A program made the position numbers and the translations under genes. The notes beneath the pieces are model-generated. The model was not told where the DNA came from, did no database searches, and saw only the letters and a program-made list of their open reading frames with translations. Shown here one piece after another: positions 27,753 to 35,947 of a DNA stretch of 64,000 nucleotides (the first letter of the stretch is position 1; each line of letters starts with the position of its first letter). The stretch comes from Anaerolinea sp. (lineage in GTDB: Bacteria; Chloroflexota; Anaerolineae; Anaerolineales; Villigracilaceae), in the NCBI GenBank assembly GCA_020719725.1, contig DYPU01000003.1, positions 5,081-69,080 of the forward strand, in the 5' to 3' direction.

Positions 27753-28787
27753 ATGACGTTTCGTATCTTGATAGTAGATGACCAGCGCGATGTTAGCCGC
27801 TTACTCCGCTCTGCCCTGGAGACGATTGAACAAGGCCTCAAGGTCAGCGAAGCCCCTTCTGGTGAGGAAGCGCTACTCGAAGCCAGCCGCACCCCGGTGG
27901 ACTTGTTGATTACCGATTACCGCCTGCCAGGTATGAGCGGCGTCGAACTGATGCAGAAAATTCGCAATCGGACCCCCAACATCAAAATCATCATCATTTC
28001 TGGCGTGAGCGACCCCAAAGCCAAAGCCGATATTGAAAAAGCTGGCGCAGACGCTTACTTTATTAAACCAGTCCAAATGGCAGAGTTTCTCGATAGCGTG
28101 GAGCGTTTACTGGGAATGGCCCGCACAATTTTACAACCCACCGCAGCCGCCCAGCCTAAAGAAACACTCCCAGAACGCAAAAGCCTGGCCGATTTACTGG
28201 CTGGGCTGCGCAAGACCCTGGACGCTCAATCGGTTTTTTTACTCAATGGTTTGGGCCATGTCCAGGCCGAAACAGGTGAACTGCCCGAAGGCAGCCGCGT
28301 TTCCTTAATTGCCGCGCTGATGGCAATGCACAATGCCGCTCAAAAAGTTGCCAGCCTGCTTGGCAAAGTCGAATTGCACCTGCACCTGTTTGATGGTGAA
28401 GCCAACGATCTCGTTTTTGTCCCGATTGGACAAGCGCATGTTTTATGGGTAGTTGGCAAGGGCCTGGCCGATCTGGTCTCAATTTCGGCGACCATTGATT
28501 TATTAAACGCCACCAAAGTGGAAATTTTAACCGTGCTGGAACAAATTGGGGCTGAAAGCTCATTGCCAGCGCCCGAACCGGAACAGCAGGGTATTCCGGC
28601 CTTCATGGAATCGGTCACAATTCCGATGGAATTTGACGAACTGCTACGCAAAGCCTCCTCCAAAAAAGAAGATGCCAACGCTTTTTGGGATCAGGCCATT
28701 GAAAAAGGTACGCAGTATGCCGAGCCAGATAAGCTAACCTACGAGCAAGCCGCCCAATTGGGGTTAGCGCCATCGAAGGGCAAATAA
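27753..28787 (+). CDS. Response regulator: CheY-like receiver plus roadblock/LC7-like domain and acidic tail; no DNA-binding domain recognised
   Basis: FRILIVDDQ...DLLITDYRLPGMSG...IIISG...K receiver pattern. The central segment (LLNGLGHVQAETGELPEG...HLHLFDGEANDLVFVPIG) resembles roadblock/LC7 (MglB-like) by eye. Confidence 0.7.
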   Translation: MTFRILIVDDQRDVSRLLRSALETIEQGLKVSEAPSGEEALLEASRTPVDLLITDYRLPGMSGVELMQKIRNRTPNIKIIIISGVSDPKAKADIEKAGADAYFIKPVQMAEFLDSVERLLGMARTILQPTAAAQPKETLPERKSLADLLAGLRKTLDAQSVFLLNGLGHVQAETGELPEGSRVSLIAALMAMHNAAQKVASLLGKVELHLHLFDGEANDLVFVPIGQAHVLWVVGKGLADLVSISATIDLLNATKVEILTVLEQIGAESSLPAPEPEQQGIPAFMESVTIPMEFDELLRKASSKKEDANAFWDQAIEKGTQYAEPDKLTYEQAAQLGLAPSKGK

Positions 28788-28811
28788 AGTTTTAAAGAAT
28801 TGAAAAAAAGG

Positions 28812-28840
28812 TTGCCCATAGACTGGCCCTGTGATACAAT
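28812..28840 (+). promoter_or_regulatory. Candidate promoter of tRNA-Gln (and possibly glmU)
   Basis: TTGCCC (28812-28817), 17 nt spacer, TACAAT (28835-28840) preceded by TGA. The tRNA 5' end lies 14 nt downstream. Confidence 0.5.
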
Positions 28841-28853
28841 ATTGCCCGCTCAC

Positions 28854-28924
28854 TGGGGCGTGGTGCAACGGCAGCACACCGGCCTTTGGAGCCGTGGATC
28901 TTGGTTCGAGTCCAGGCGCCCCAG
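28854..28924 (+). tRNA. tRNA-Gln (anticodon UUG)
   Basis: Folded by hand. Acceptor TGGGGCG/CGCCCCA, D stem GTGC/GCAC, anticodon stem CCGGC/GCCGT around loop CTTTGGA (TTG), T arm CTTGG-TTCGAGT-CCAGG, discriminator G followed by CC. The U1-A72 start matches the known tRNA-Gln style. Confidence 0.85.
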
Positions 28925-28934
28925 CCTATTTTGA

Positions 28935-28986
28935 AATGCAGAATGCAGAATGTGGAATGAAAATTCTGCATTCTGCATTCTGCATT
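28935..28986 (+). repeat. Inverted repeat built from tandem GCAGAAT heptamers (hairpin with slippable register)
   Basis: AATGCAGAATGCAGAAT (28935-28951) is complementary to three tandem ATTCTGC units (28963-28983 plus ATT). It sits between tRNA-Gln and glmU. Confidence 0.75.
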
Positions 28987-29016
28987 CAACCCTTAAACAT
29001 TTCTTTGGAGTGTTTT

Positions 29017-30375
29017 ATGCTAAAAATTACCCCCGTTATCCTCGCCGCCGGGCAGGGAACCCGCATGAAATCGAAACTGCCAAAAATGCTGCACCAGGTT
29101 TGCGGTCAGCCGCTCATTTTTCATGCCCTGCAAGCCGTTCAAGCGTTCACTAGTGAAAAGCCAGTGATGGTGATTGGGCATGGCGCCGAAGCCGTTCAGG
29201 CCGCCGTAGGCGAGACTGTACGCTTTGTTATCCAGGCCGAGCAGCTTGGCACCGGGCACGCTGTGATGCAAGCCGAACAGCTTCTAAACGGCCAGACCGA
29301 CCTGGTACTTGTCACCTATGGCGATATGCCGCTTTTGCGCGCCGACACTGTCCAAAAACTGGTGGAAACCCAAAAGGCCAACCCTGGCCCGCTGACCCTG
29401 CTGACCGTCATCGCCGAAGACCCGCGTGGTTTTGGGCGGATTGTGCGAAATGCGGCTGGAACCGTCGCCGCAATTGTGGAAGAGGCCCAGGCTGGCCCCG
29501 CCGAACTGGCGATTAAAGAACTAAATGTGGGCGCTTACTGTTTTCGCTCCGAGTGGCTATGGGCGGCGCTGAAACAGATTCCGCTTTCACCGAAGGGCGA
29601 GTATTATCTGACCGATACGGTGGCGTTCGCGGTTGATGCGAATTTGCCGGTGCAGGCCATTGTGATGGACGATATGGCTGAAACGATTGGCGTCAACAGC
29701 CGAGTCCATTTGGCGGAGGCCGAAGCTGCCATGAGACAACGCATTAATACCGGTCACATGCTGAATGGTGTGACGATGATTCAGCCCGAGACGACTTATA
29801 TCGAAGCGGGAGTCAGCATTGGGCGTGATACGATTCTGTGGCCGAACACCTATTTGTACGGCCACACCTCCATTGGCGAAGATTGTGTCATCGGGCCGAA
29901 TACCCTCATCCGTAATACCAAAATTGGCGCGCGCTGTAGGGTGTTGATGTCTGACCTGGAAGGCGCTGTGCTGGAAAACGATGTCGATATGGGGCCGTTT
30001 GCGCGGCTTCGCAAGGGCGCACACTTGGGTAGCCACGTCCACATGGGCAATTTTGGTGAGGTGAAAGATTCGCACCTGAGCGAGGGTGTCAAGATGGGCC
30101 ATTTTTCGTATATTGGCAATGCTGAAATTGGGCCGAATACCAATATTGGCGCGGGGACAATTACCTGTAATTATGATGGTGTGAAAAAACACTCCACCAC
30201 GATTGGCGAGGATGTTTTTATTGGTTCGGATACGATGCTGGTGGCTCCGTTGACGATTGGCGCGCGCGCGCGCACCGGGGCTGGTTCGGTGGTGACGAAA
30301 AACGTTGCCGAAGATACGCTGGTGGTTGGTGCTCCGGCCCGAGCCATTAAGAAATTGGAACGTAGCCATGACTGA
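29017..30375 (+). CDS. glmU: Bifunctional UDP-N-acetylglucosamine pyrophosphorylase / glucosamine-1-phosphate N-acetyltransferase
   Basis: Start at MLKITPVILAAGQGTRMKS (GGAG RBS). LbH hexapeptide C-terminal half. The ORF-track N-terminal extension runs through the tRNA and was discarded. Confidence 0.9.
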   Translation: MLKITPVILAAGQGTRMKSKLPKMLHQVCGQPLIFHALQAVQAFTSEKPVMVIGHGAEAVQAAVGETVRFVIQAEQLGTGHAVMQAEQLLNGQTDLVLVTYGDMPLLRADTVQKLVETQKANPGPLTLLTVIAEDPRGFGRIVRNAAGTVAAIVEEAQAGPAELAIKELNVGAYCFRSEWLWAALKQIPLSPKGEYYLTDTVAFAVDANLPVQAIVMDDMAETIGVNSRVHLAEAEAAMRQRINTGHMLNGVTMIQPETTYIEAGVSIGRDTILWPNTYLYGHTSIGEDCVIGPNTLIRNTKIGARCRVLMSDLEGAVLENDVDMGPFARLRKGAHLGSHVHMGNFGEVKDSHLSEGVKMGHFSYIGNAEIGPNTNIGAGTITCNYDGVKKHSTTIGEDVFIGSDTMLVAPLTIGARARTGAGSVVTKNVAEDTLVVGAPARAIKKLERSHD

Positions 30376-30793
30376 CCCAGAATACCAGGCCCTGATTGAT
30401 CTTGCCAATGCAGCCCGCCAGTGCGCCTATGCCCCCTATTCCAACTATCGGGTTGGCGCGGCCCTGCAGACGAAGTCTGGCCGTATTTTCACCGGTGTCA
30501 ATGTGGAGAGTGCCGCTTACCCGACGACGATGTGCGCTGAGCGCGTGGCTGTTTACAAGGCGGTTTCGGAAGGTGAACGTGAGTTTGAGGTGATTGCGGT
30601 GGTAACAGATAATGGCGGTTCTCCCTGTGGCGGGTGCCGCCAGGTTTTGGCCGAATTCGGCCTGGAGACAGTGGTGCTGATTGCGGATGGCGCTGGCCGC
30701 CTGGTTTCTGAATCTACGGTGGGGAAGTTGCTGCCGCTGGCTTTTACGCCGCAGTATTTGCCGGGAAAACCCGACGAATATTGCGCTGACTAA
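30368..30793 (+). CDS. cdd: Cytidine deaminase
   Basis: CAERVA and PCGGCRQ zinc-binding motifs. 8-nt overlap with the glmU stop. Confidence 0.85.
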   Translation: MTDPEYQALIDLANAARQCAYAPYSNYRVGAALQTKSGRIFTGVNVESAAYPTTMCAERVAVYKAVSEGEREFEVIAVVTDNGGSPCGGCRQVLAEFGLETVVLIADGAGRLVSESTVGKLLPLAFTPQYLPGKPDEYCAD

Positions 30794-30811
30794 TGAAGAC
30801 TTGAATCCCCT

Positions 30812-31570
30812 ATGGAGACCCCCCGCTCTTTCCGCGCCGAAGCTGTTGTGCTGCGTCATGCCGATTGGGGCGAGGCCGACCGGATTTTGACGCTTTATAC
30901 CCGTGAACAGGGCAAAATTCGGGCCATCGCCAAGGGCGCGCGCAAGATGCGCTCGCGCAAAGCCGGGCATTTGGAGCCGTTTAACCATATCACCGTTCAA
31001 TTGGCGCGGGCGCGCGACCTGGCGATTGTGACGCAAGTTGAAACGCTGGATGCCTACCTGCCGCTGCGCGAAGAGTTGATGCTGATGGGCTATGCTTCCT
31101 ACGCGATGGAATTGCTCGACCGCTTTACCTATGACGAAGAAGGTGGCAATTCGATTATTTTTCGCCTTTTGACAGAAACGTTGGCACGCCTGGCCGGGCA
31201 GATTGAGCCCTGGTTGGTGTTGCGCTACTATGAAATGCGCCTGCTCGACAGTCTGGGGTTTCGCCCGCAGTTGTTCACCTGCAGTCATTGTCAGCGCGAG
31301 ATTATGCCGGAAGATCAGTATTTTTCAGCATCTGCGGGCGGTGTAATCTGCCCGCGCTGCGGCAACGGCCTGCCAGGATTATGGCCGGTAAGTATGGGGG
31401 CGCTAAAATATTTGCGCCATTTTCAGCGCAGCAACTTCAACGATGCGGCCCGCGCCCAACCAACACTCGCCGAGCAACGCGAAATAGAAACCTTGATGCA
31501 AGCCAACCTGACCTATTTATTGGAACGCGGCCTGAATACCCCCGGTTTTTTAAAGCGAATGCAGGCTTAG
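30812..31570 (+). CDS. recO: DNA repair protein RecO
   Basis: 252 aa. N-terminal OB-fold pattern (AVVLRHADWGEADRILTLYTREQGKIRAIAKGARK) and a CxxC...CxxC zinc motif (CSHC...CPRC). Confidence 0.85.
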   Translation: METPRSFRAEAVVLRHADWGEADRILTLYTREQGKIRAIAKGARKMRSRKAGHLEPFNHITVQLARARDLAIVTQVETLDAYLPLREELMLMGYASYAMELLDRFTYDEEGGNSIIFRLLTETLARLAGQIEPWLVLRYYEMRLLDSLGFRPQLFTCSHCQREIMPEDQYFSASAGGVICPRCGNGLPGLWPVSMGALKYLRHFQRSNFNDAARAQPTLAEQREIETLMQANLTYLLERGLNTPGFLKRMQA

Positions 31571-31607
31571 TTCAGTTTGTGCGTTATTGCCTTTTTGACT
31601 TTGATAC

Positions 31608-32783
31608 CTACCCCTTTTTTTGTCGCCGTTTAGCCCAATAGACCAAAAAACTCTGGACATAAAAAGTGGTTGGCGCACCCAATTTCGTCCAAATGAAACG
31701 CTGAATGGGCGCATTGCGAATGCCAAAGAAAGTGCGCGCCGTCAGGGTGCGCAGGCGCAAGGATTTTCCCAATTCAGAAGACAAAATCCGTCTTTTATAA
31801 CGGCTAAAGTGAAAGTCATTCTTTTCAAAGGCCGCTACAATCTCTTCAGCGGCCAGGCGGCCATAGCCCAGCGCTGGAGCAATCCCCTCGCCAAAAAGCG
31901 CATCCACTCCGGCGGCATCACCAGCCAAAATCAGGCCAGGACTGGAAAACTCTGCTTTGGACTCAAACCAGCGAATGGGATGACCCTCCACCTTATATTC
32001 ACTCAGGTCATAGCCGTGGGCTTGCATCTCTTCTGCCAGCGCCTCCAGTAGCGGGCGGGTTGCCGCGCCAGATGTAAAATTGGCATCGTAAATGCCCCAA
32101 CAGCGGCTGGAAACACCCTTCACCAGCGTTGGAAAATCCCAAATATAACCGCCAATCCCGGTTGGGATTGGGCGAAAGTCAAAATAAGCATCCTGCTGAA
32201 TGTGAGATGACGCTTCCGGCTTGGGAGGGGCGATGAGTTCCAGCACCCGGGCCGAATGGGCCGTTTCGCGTGGATTCACTATCCGGCGGGTGATACCCTT
32301 CGATCCATCCGCCCCGATGACTGCTTTTGCGTGAAATGTGCCCTGATCTGTGCTGAGAACACAGCCCTGCGCCGAGGCTTGCACCGTTTTGACGGTCACT
32401 CCTTCGCGGATGTCGAAGCCGCTGGCGCGCGCTTTGGCGGCCAACCAGGCATCAAACTCATCCCGCCGAATTAGCCGAAAGGCAATGCCGCTTTCATCGG
32501 GTGCGTTCATTGCCAGGCCCTGCCCGGCAAAGTCAAAATGTGCCAGTGGCGCATCGACATGCGCAATTTCGGTAATATCCAGGCCCAATTCGCGCAAAAC
32601 AATCTCACCATCTGGTAGCAATCCGCCGCCGCATAGCTTGGGGCGCGGGTGCTGTGATTTTTCCAAAATCAGGGTGCGTTGAGCAATTCCTGGCATCATT
32701 TGGGCCAGGTGCAGGGCGCTCGAAAGCCCAGCCGGGCCTGCGCCAAGAATGATAAGGTCGTAGGTGGGAGTATTCAAGCTCAT
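31608..32783 (-). CDS. FAD-dependent oxidoreductase, geranylgeranyl reductase-like
   Basis: Start at MSLNTPTYDLIILGAGPAGLSSALH. CGG and LAGDAAG motifs. Directly downstream of the ArsR-type gene. Confidence 0.7.
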   Translation of the reverse strand: MSLNTPTYDLIILGAGPAGLSSALHLAQMMPGIAQRTLILEKSQHPRPKLCGGGLLPDGEIVLRELGLDITEIAHVDAPLAHFDFAGQGLAMNAPDESGIAFRLIRRDEFDAWLAAKARASGFDIREGVTVKTVQASAQGCVLSTDQGTFHAKAVIGADGSKGITRRIVNPRETAHSARVLELIAPPKPEASSHIQQDAYFDFRPIPTGIGGYIWDFPTLVKGVSSRCWGIYDANFTSGAATRPLLEALAEEMQAHGYDLSEYKVEGHPIRWFESKAEFSSPGLILAGDAAGVDALFGEGIAPALGYGRLAAEEIVAAFEKNDFHFSRYKRRILSSELGKSLRLRTLTARTFFGIRNAPIQRFIWTKLGAPTTFYVQSFLVYWAKRRQKKG

Positions 32784-32793
32784 AAGTTTTTTT

Positions 32794-33873
32794 TTATTCT
32801 TCTTGGGTGTGGGCGCTAAGAAAGGTTTGCAAACCGCCAAAAGTATTCTTAAGAGCTTCCTGGCGGGTGGTGTAACGTTTTTCCTGGCCTTGCAAGCGCA
32901 AGTTGACCAAACCAGCCAGGCGCAATTCACTTAGATGGTGAGTGACAGTGGGCGCGCGCAATTGTAACCGGCGCGCTAATTCGGAAGGAGTTAGTTCTTC
33001 GAGCGAGAGATAGCGCAGAATTTTTAGACGGGTGGGGTCGGCCAGGGCTTTGAGCTTGCGCAGCAGGTCATCCGGAACCAGTTCGCCCGGAATATCCGAC
33101 ATATTGGCTGGACGAGCGCCAAATAAAATCAACATACGGGTTGGGCTTAGCGCCCGATACATGACCAGCGGCGTTGTCCAATAAGCGGGTGCGATGATAA
33201 GCTCTTTTTCGAGAATGTTCTCGTTAAATTGGACGCCCTGGCTTAATTCAGTGAGGAGTTCAGGTGTATTTAAACGGGTGGCAAGCTCTTGAGCGCGTTC
33301 CAAACCGGTTTTTAGCACAGGAGCGACGCGTTTCTCTTCTTCTTCAAAAAAAGCCTGTTGATAGGCTTGCATAGCGCTCAAATAGCCTTCGCCAAGCTCG
33401 GAAGGATGAGAACACCAATCAAGAAAGCGCCCAATAGCCATGTCGTTATATTTGGTTTTTTCTTTTTTGCCAGCCAATTTGCGAATGGCTTGTAAATCGT
33501 TTTGCCCCCAGGTCTGATTTTGGGTTACCCGGCTCAAAATGTTGAAATATTCATCTTCTTGATTTTCTTTGTTCAGGTAAATTTCGCTAAAACGCTGGGG
33601 CGCGGGAATTTGGCGCATGGTATGCAACGCCCCGAGTGAGTCTTTGGGTTCAGGCAGATGATGAATCCAGGCCAGGGGCGCCGCAAGAAATGGGATGATT
33701 TCTTCCAATAATTTACGTTCAACCGCCGGAATACGGGAACGCACTCCGGCGGCCCAGGAGGCGCGCACACCATGATATTCTGGTTCGTGCAAAACGTGCA
33801 GGCTGATGAAAAATTCGTATGCGGTGCCAAAATCCCAGGTAATATGGCTGGTATTGGATGTGGTTGATGTCAT
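32794..33873 (-). CDS. ArsR-family transcriptional regulator with a roughly 260 aa N-terminal domain of unknown function
   Basis: C-terminal LKALADPTRLKILRYLSLEELTPSELARRLQLRAPTVTHHLSELRLAGLV is a canonical ArsR winged HTH. Confidence 0.75.
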   Translation of the reverse strand: MTSTTSNTSHITWDFGTAYEFFISLHVLHEPEYHGVRASWAAGVRSRIPAVERKLLEEIIPFLAAPLAWIHHLPEPKDSLGALHTMRQIPAPQRFSEIYLNKENQEDEYFNILSRVTQNQTWGQNDLQAIRKLAGKKEKTKYNDMAIGRFLDWCSHPSELGEGYLSAMQAYQQAFFEEEEKRVAPVLKTGLERAQELATRLNTPELLTELSQGVQFNENILEKELIIAPAYWTTPLVMYRALSPTRMLILFGARPANMSDIPGELVPDDLLRKLKALADPTRLKILRYLSLEELTPSELARRLQLRAPTVTHHLSELRLAGLVNLRLQGQEKRYTTRQEALKNTFGGLQTFLSAHTQEE

Positions 33874-33923
33874 GCAGTTTCCTTGACAAACCGGGTGTGT
33901 GAACGTGAGCGGTTCACCATCTT

Positions 33924-34085
33924 CTAGCCGATTGTAATGAAGATTGGCCCCATTTGCAAGTCAAGGTGAATATGGAAGAAAGGCTTGGCGGCGGGTAGTA
34001 TTTGGGCGCGTTCCAGGTTCCATTCGTCCTGAGTGTGGTAACTGCGCTGTGCGAGTAAAGCATGAATTTGTAAGAGATCGGTCAT
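33924..34085 (-). CDS. Small hypothetical protein (53 aa) upstream of the ArsR-type gene
   Basis: GGAAG lies 6 nt upstream of the ATG at 34085. No family recognised, so coding status is uncertain. Confidence 0.3.
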   Translation of the reverse strand: MTDLLQIHALLAQRSYHTQDEWNLERAQILPAAKPFFHIHLDLQMGPIFITIG

Positions 34086-34316
34086 TATTGCTTCCTTTTT
34101 TGTTGATTTTGAGTACCTTCTTAATAATTTTGGGCAAATATCCAAACCCTAAAGTTTTTTTGCCAGCCAGGGAAGCCTTTAGGGCCTTTCCCCCATTTTT
34201 TTTGAGAAGATACGCGTTTTGCTTCAAACATTTCTGGGTATGAAATTATTTCGCCACCCGCCAAAGCGTAACACCGCGCAGGGGTTTATGGCTCAATAGG
34301 CTTTAAGTAGGCCGTG

Positions 34317-34348
34317 TTAGATATATATCTAATTAGATAATAGTCTAA
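34317..34348. promoter_or_regulatory. Two abutting 16-bp TTAGA-N6-TCTAA palindromes (candidate operator)
   Basis: TTAGATATATATCTAA (34317-34332, perfect) and TTAGATAATAGTCTAA (34333-34348, outer 5+5 perfect). Located in the divergent region between the ArsR operon and the Fur-ECF operon. Confidence 0.5.
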
Positions 34349-34517
34349 TACTAAGCCTTTGTCAAGATGGATTTTTGAGGCGTGTTACAAAATTGACTGG
34401 CTTACACACGATTCTACAGCCCCTGGCCCAGGTTCGACAGGATTTAATGGCGCTTCTCTTTATCATCATCAGCATGATCTTTTGCTTTTTTTTATTGCAA
34501 TAAGTTACAATAAGAAA

Positions 34518-34949
34518 ATGACTTGCTCTCCGGCTCATCTTGCTGAACAAATTCGCGCCAAGGGGTTTCGTTTAACCCCGCAGCGTATGGCGATCTTCAA
34601 TGTTTTACATGAATCGGGTGGACATTTAGTTCGTACCGAAATTTACGAGCGGGTTCAAGCTCTTGCCCCGGTTTTGACCGAGCCGACCGTTTACCGCACC
34701 CTCGACTTTTTGGTTGAAAACGAACTGGTGCGCGTTACCCACGCGGGCAATGGACGCCTCGAATATGAATTGGCCCGTCACCGTCATCATCACCTGCATT
34801 GCTCGGCCTGTGGTGCCGAATTGGAAATTGCCCACGAACAGATGCAAAAGATTTTTGCTCACCTGGAGTTGTCCACTGGTTATCGGCTAACCGAAAACCA
34901 TATTACCCTGATGGGCCTCTGCCCGCACTGCCAAGAAATAGGAGATTAA
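34518..34949 (+). CDS. Fur-family metalloregulator
   Basis: Start at MTCSPAHLAEQIRAKGFRLTPQRMAIFNVL. HRHHHLHCSACG and CPHC metal sites. Confidence 0.85.
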   Translation: MTCSPAHLAEQIRAKGFRLTPQRMAIFNVLHESGGHLVRTEIYERVQALAPVLTEPTVYRTLDFLVENELVRVTHAGNGRLEYELARHRHHHLHCSACGAELEIAHEQMQKIFAHLELSTGYRLTENHITLMGLCPHCQEIGD

Positions 34950-34950
34950 G

Positions 34951-35889
34951 ATGCTATTTTCACCCGCGCCACTTCATATTCCCGATGGTTTTCTAAGCCT
35001 GATTATTTCTCTGTTCTTTTGGGTGATTACCGTGGTGGCTGTTGGCATGGCAATTTCCAAAACCAACAAAACCCTCGGCGAAAAACAGGTTCCACTAATG
35101 GGAATCATGGCCGCCTTTATCTTTGCCGCCCAAATGCTCAATTTTCCGGTGGCGGGCGGCACCTCTGGTCACTTTTTGGGCGGCACTCTGGCCGCCATTG
35201 TACTTGGCCCCTGGGCTGCTATTTTGGTGGTGACAGCCGTCGTTGGGTTACAAGGATTACTCTTTCAGGATGGTGGCTTGCTGGTGATGGGAGCCAATAT
35301 TTTCAATATGGGTATTCTCACCGCGCTGATTGGTTTTGGCCTATACCGTTCGGTTATTAACGCCAACAAAACCACCCGGCTCATTGTGGCAGGCCTCGGC
35401 GCGTGGCTTGCCACAATGGCCGCCGCGCTCTTGGCGTCTCTCCAACTTTGGTTGAGTGGCACATCTCAACTTCAAGTGGTCATCCCGGCTATGCTGGGTG
35501 TCCATGCCCTCATTGGTATCGGTGAAGCTTTGGTGACAGTAGCCGCCCTGGCATTTATTATGCAGGCTCGTCCGGATTTATTGGACGCCAAAGCGGTTGT
35601 CGAAAAAGGAGGCCGCGGTTGGATTTATGGTGGAGTGCTTATCTCCATCTTGACTGTTCTTCTTTCCCCCTTTGCGTCGGGCGATCCCGACGGCCTGGAA
35701 CGCGTTGCCGAAACTATGGGCTTCTTAGATCGAGGCCTTTCCGCTTCTTACCAAATTTTGCCAGATTACACTGTCCCATTTTTGGGAGAAACCGCTCTCT
35801 CCACCATTGTCGCTGGTATGGTTGGGGCGCTGGTGTTGCTGGGCATCCTGGTTCTGATTGGCGGCCTGCTTAAGCGGCGTGCCTCTTAG
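34951..35889 (+). CDS. cbiM: ECF transporter substrate-capture component CbiM/NikM fused to a C-terminal PDGLE domain
   Basis: HIPDGFL, FPVAGGTSGHFLGG, LFQDGG motifs. C-terminal SGDPDGLERVAE plus a final TM. AGGAG RBS inside the fur 3' end. Confidence 0.85.
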   Translation: MLFSPAPLHIPDGFLSLIISLFFWVITVVAVGMAISKTNKTLGEKQVPLMGIMAAFIFAAQMLNFPVAGGTSGHFLGGTLAAIVLGPWAAILVVTAVVGLQGLLFQDGGLLVMGANIFNMGILTALIGFGLYRSVINANKTTRLIVAGLGAWLATMAAALLASLQLWLSGTSQLQVVIPAMLGVHALIGIGEALVTVAALAFIMQARPDLLDAKAVVEKGGRGWIYGGVLISILTVLLSPFASGDPDGLERVAETMGFLDRGLSASYQILPDYTVPFLGETALSTIVAGMVGALVLLGILVLIGGLLKRRAS

Positions 35890-35947
35890 TCCCTGTGGCT
35901 TTTGCCAGAGTCCATTTCTCATTCATCAATAGGTCAAACCTGCTAAT

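Noticed and set aside
28935-28986. Heptamer palindrome next to tRNA-Gln considered as an integration scar, IS end or CRISPR repeat
   Set aside because: No integrase or transposase is present, I saw no duplicated tRNA 3' end, and there are no spacers. Both flanks are housekeeping genes. It is kept only as a hairpin/repeat observation.
28831-29016. N-terminal extension of the glmU ORF given in the ORF track
   Set aside because: The extension reads through the tRNA-Gln gene and the heptamer palindrome. A GGAG RBS and the conserved GlmU N-terminus (MLKITPVILAAGQGTR) begin at 29017.
29587-31288. Two long minus-strand ORFs (273 and 313 aa) opposite glmU, cdd and recO
   Set aside because: The plus-strand genes carry unambiguous family motifs. 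The antisense translations are Arg/His/Gly-rich and have no recognisable domains.
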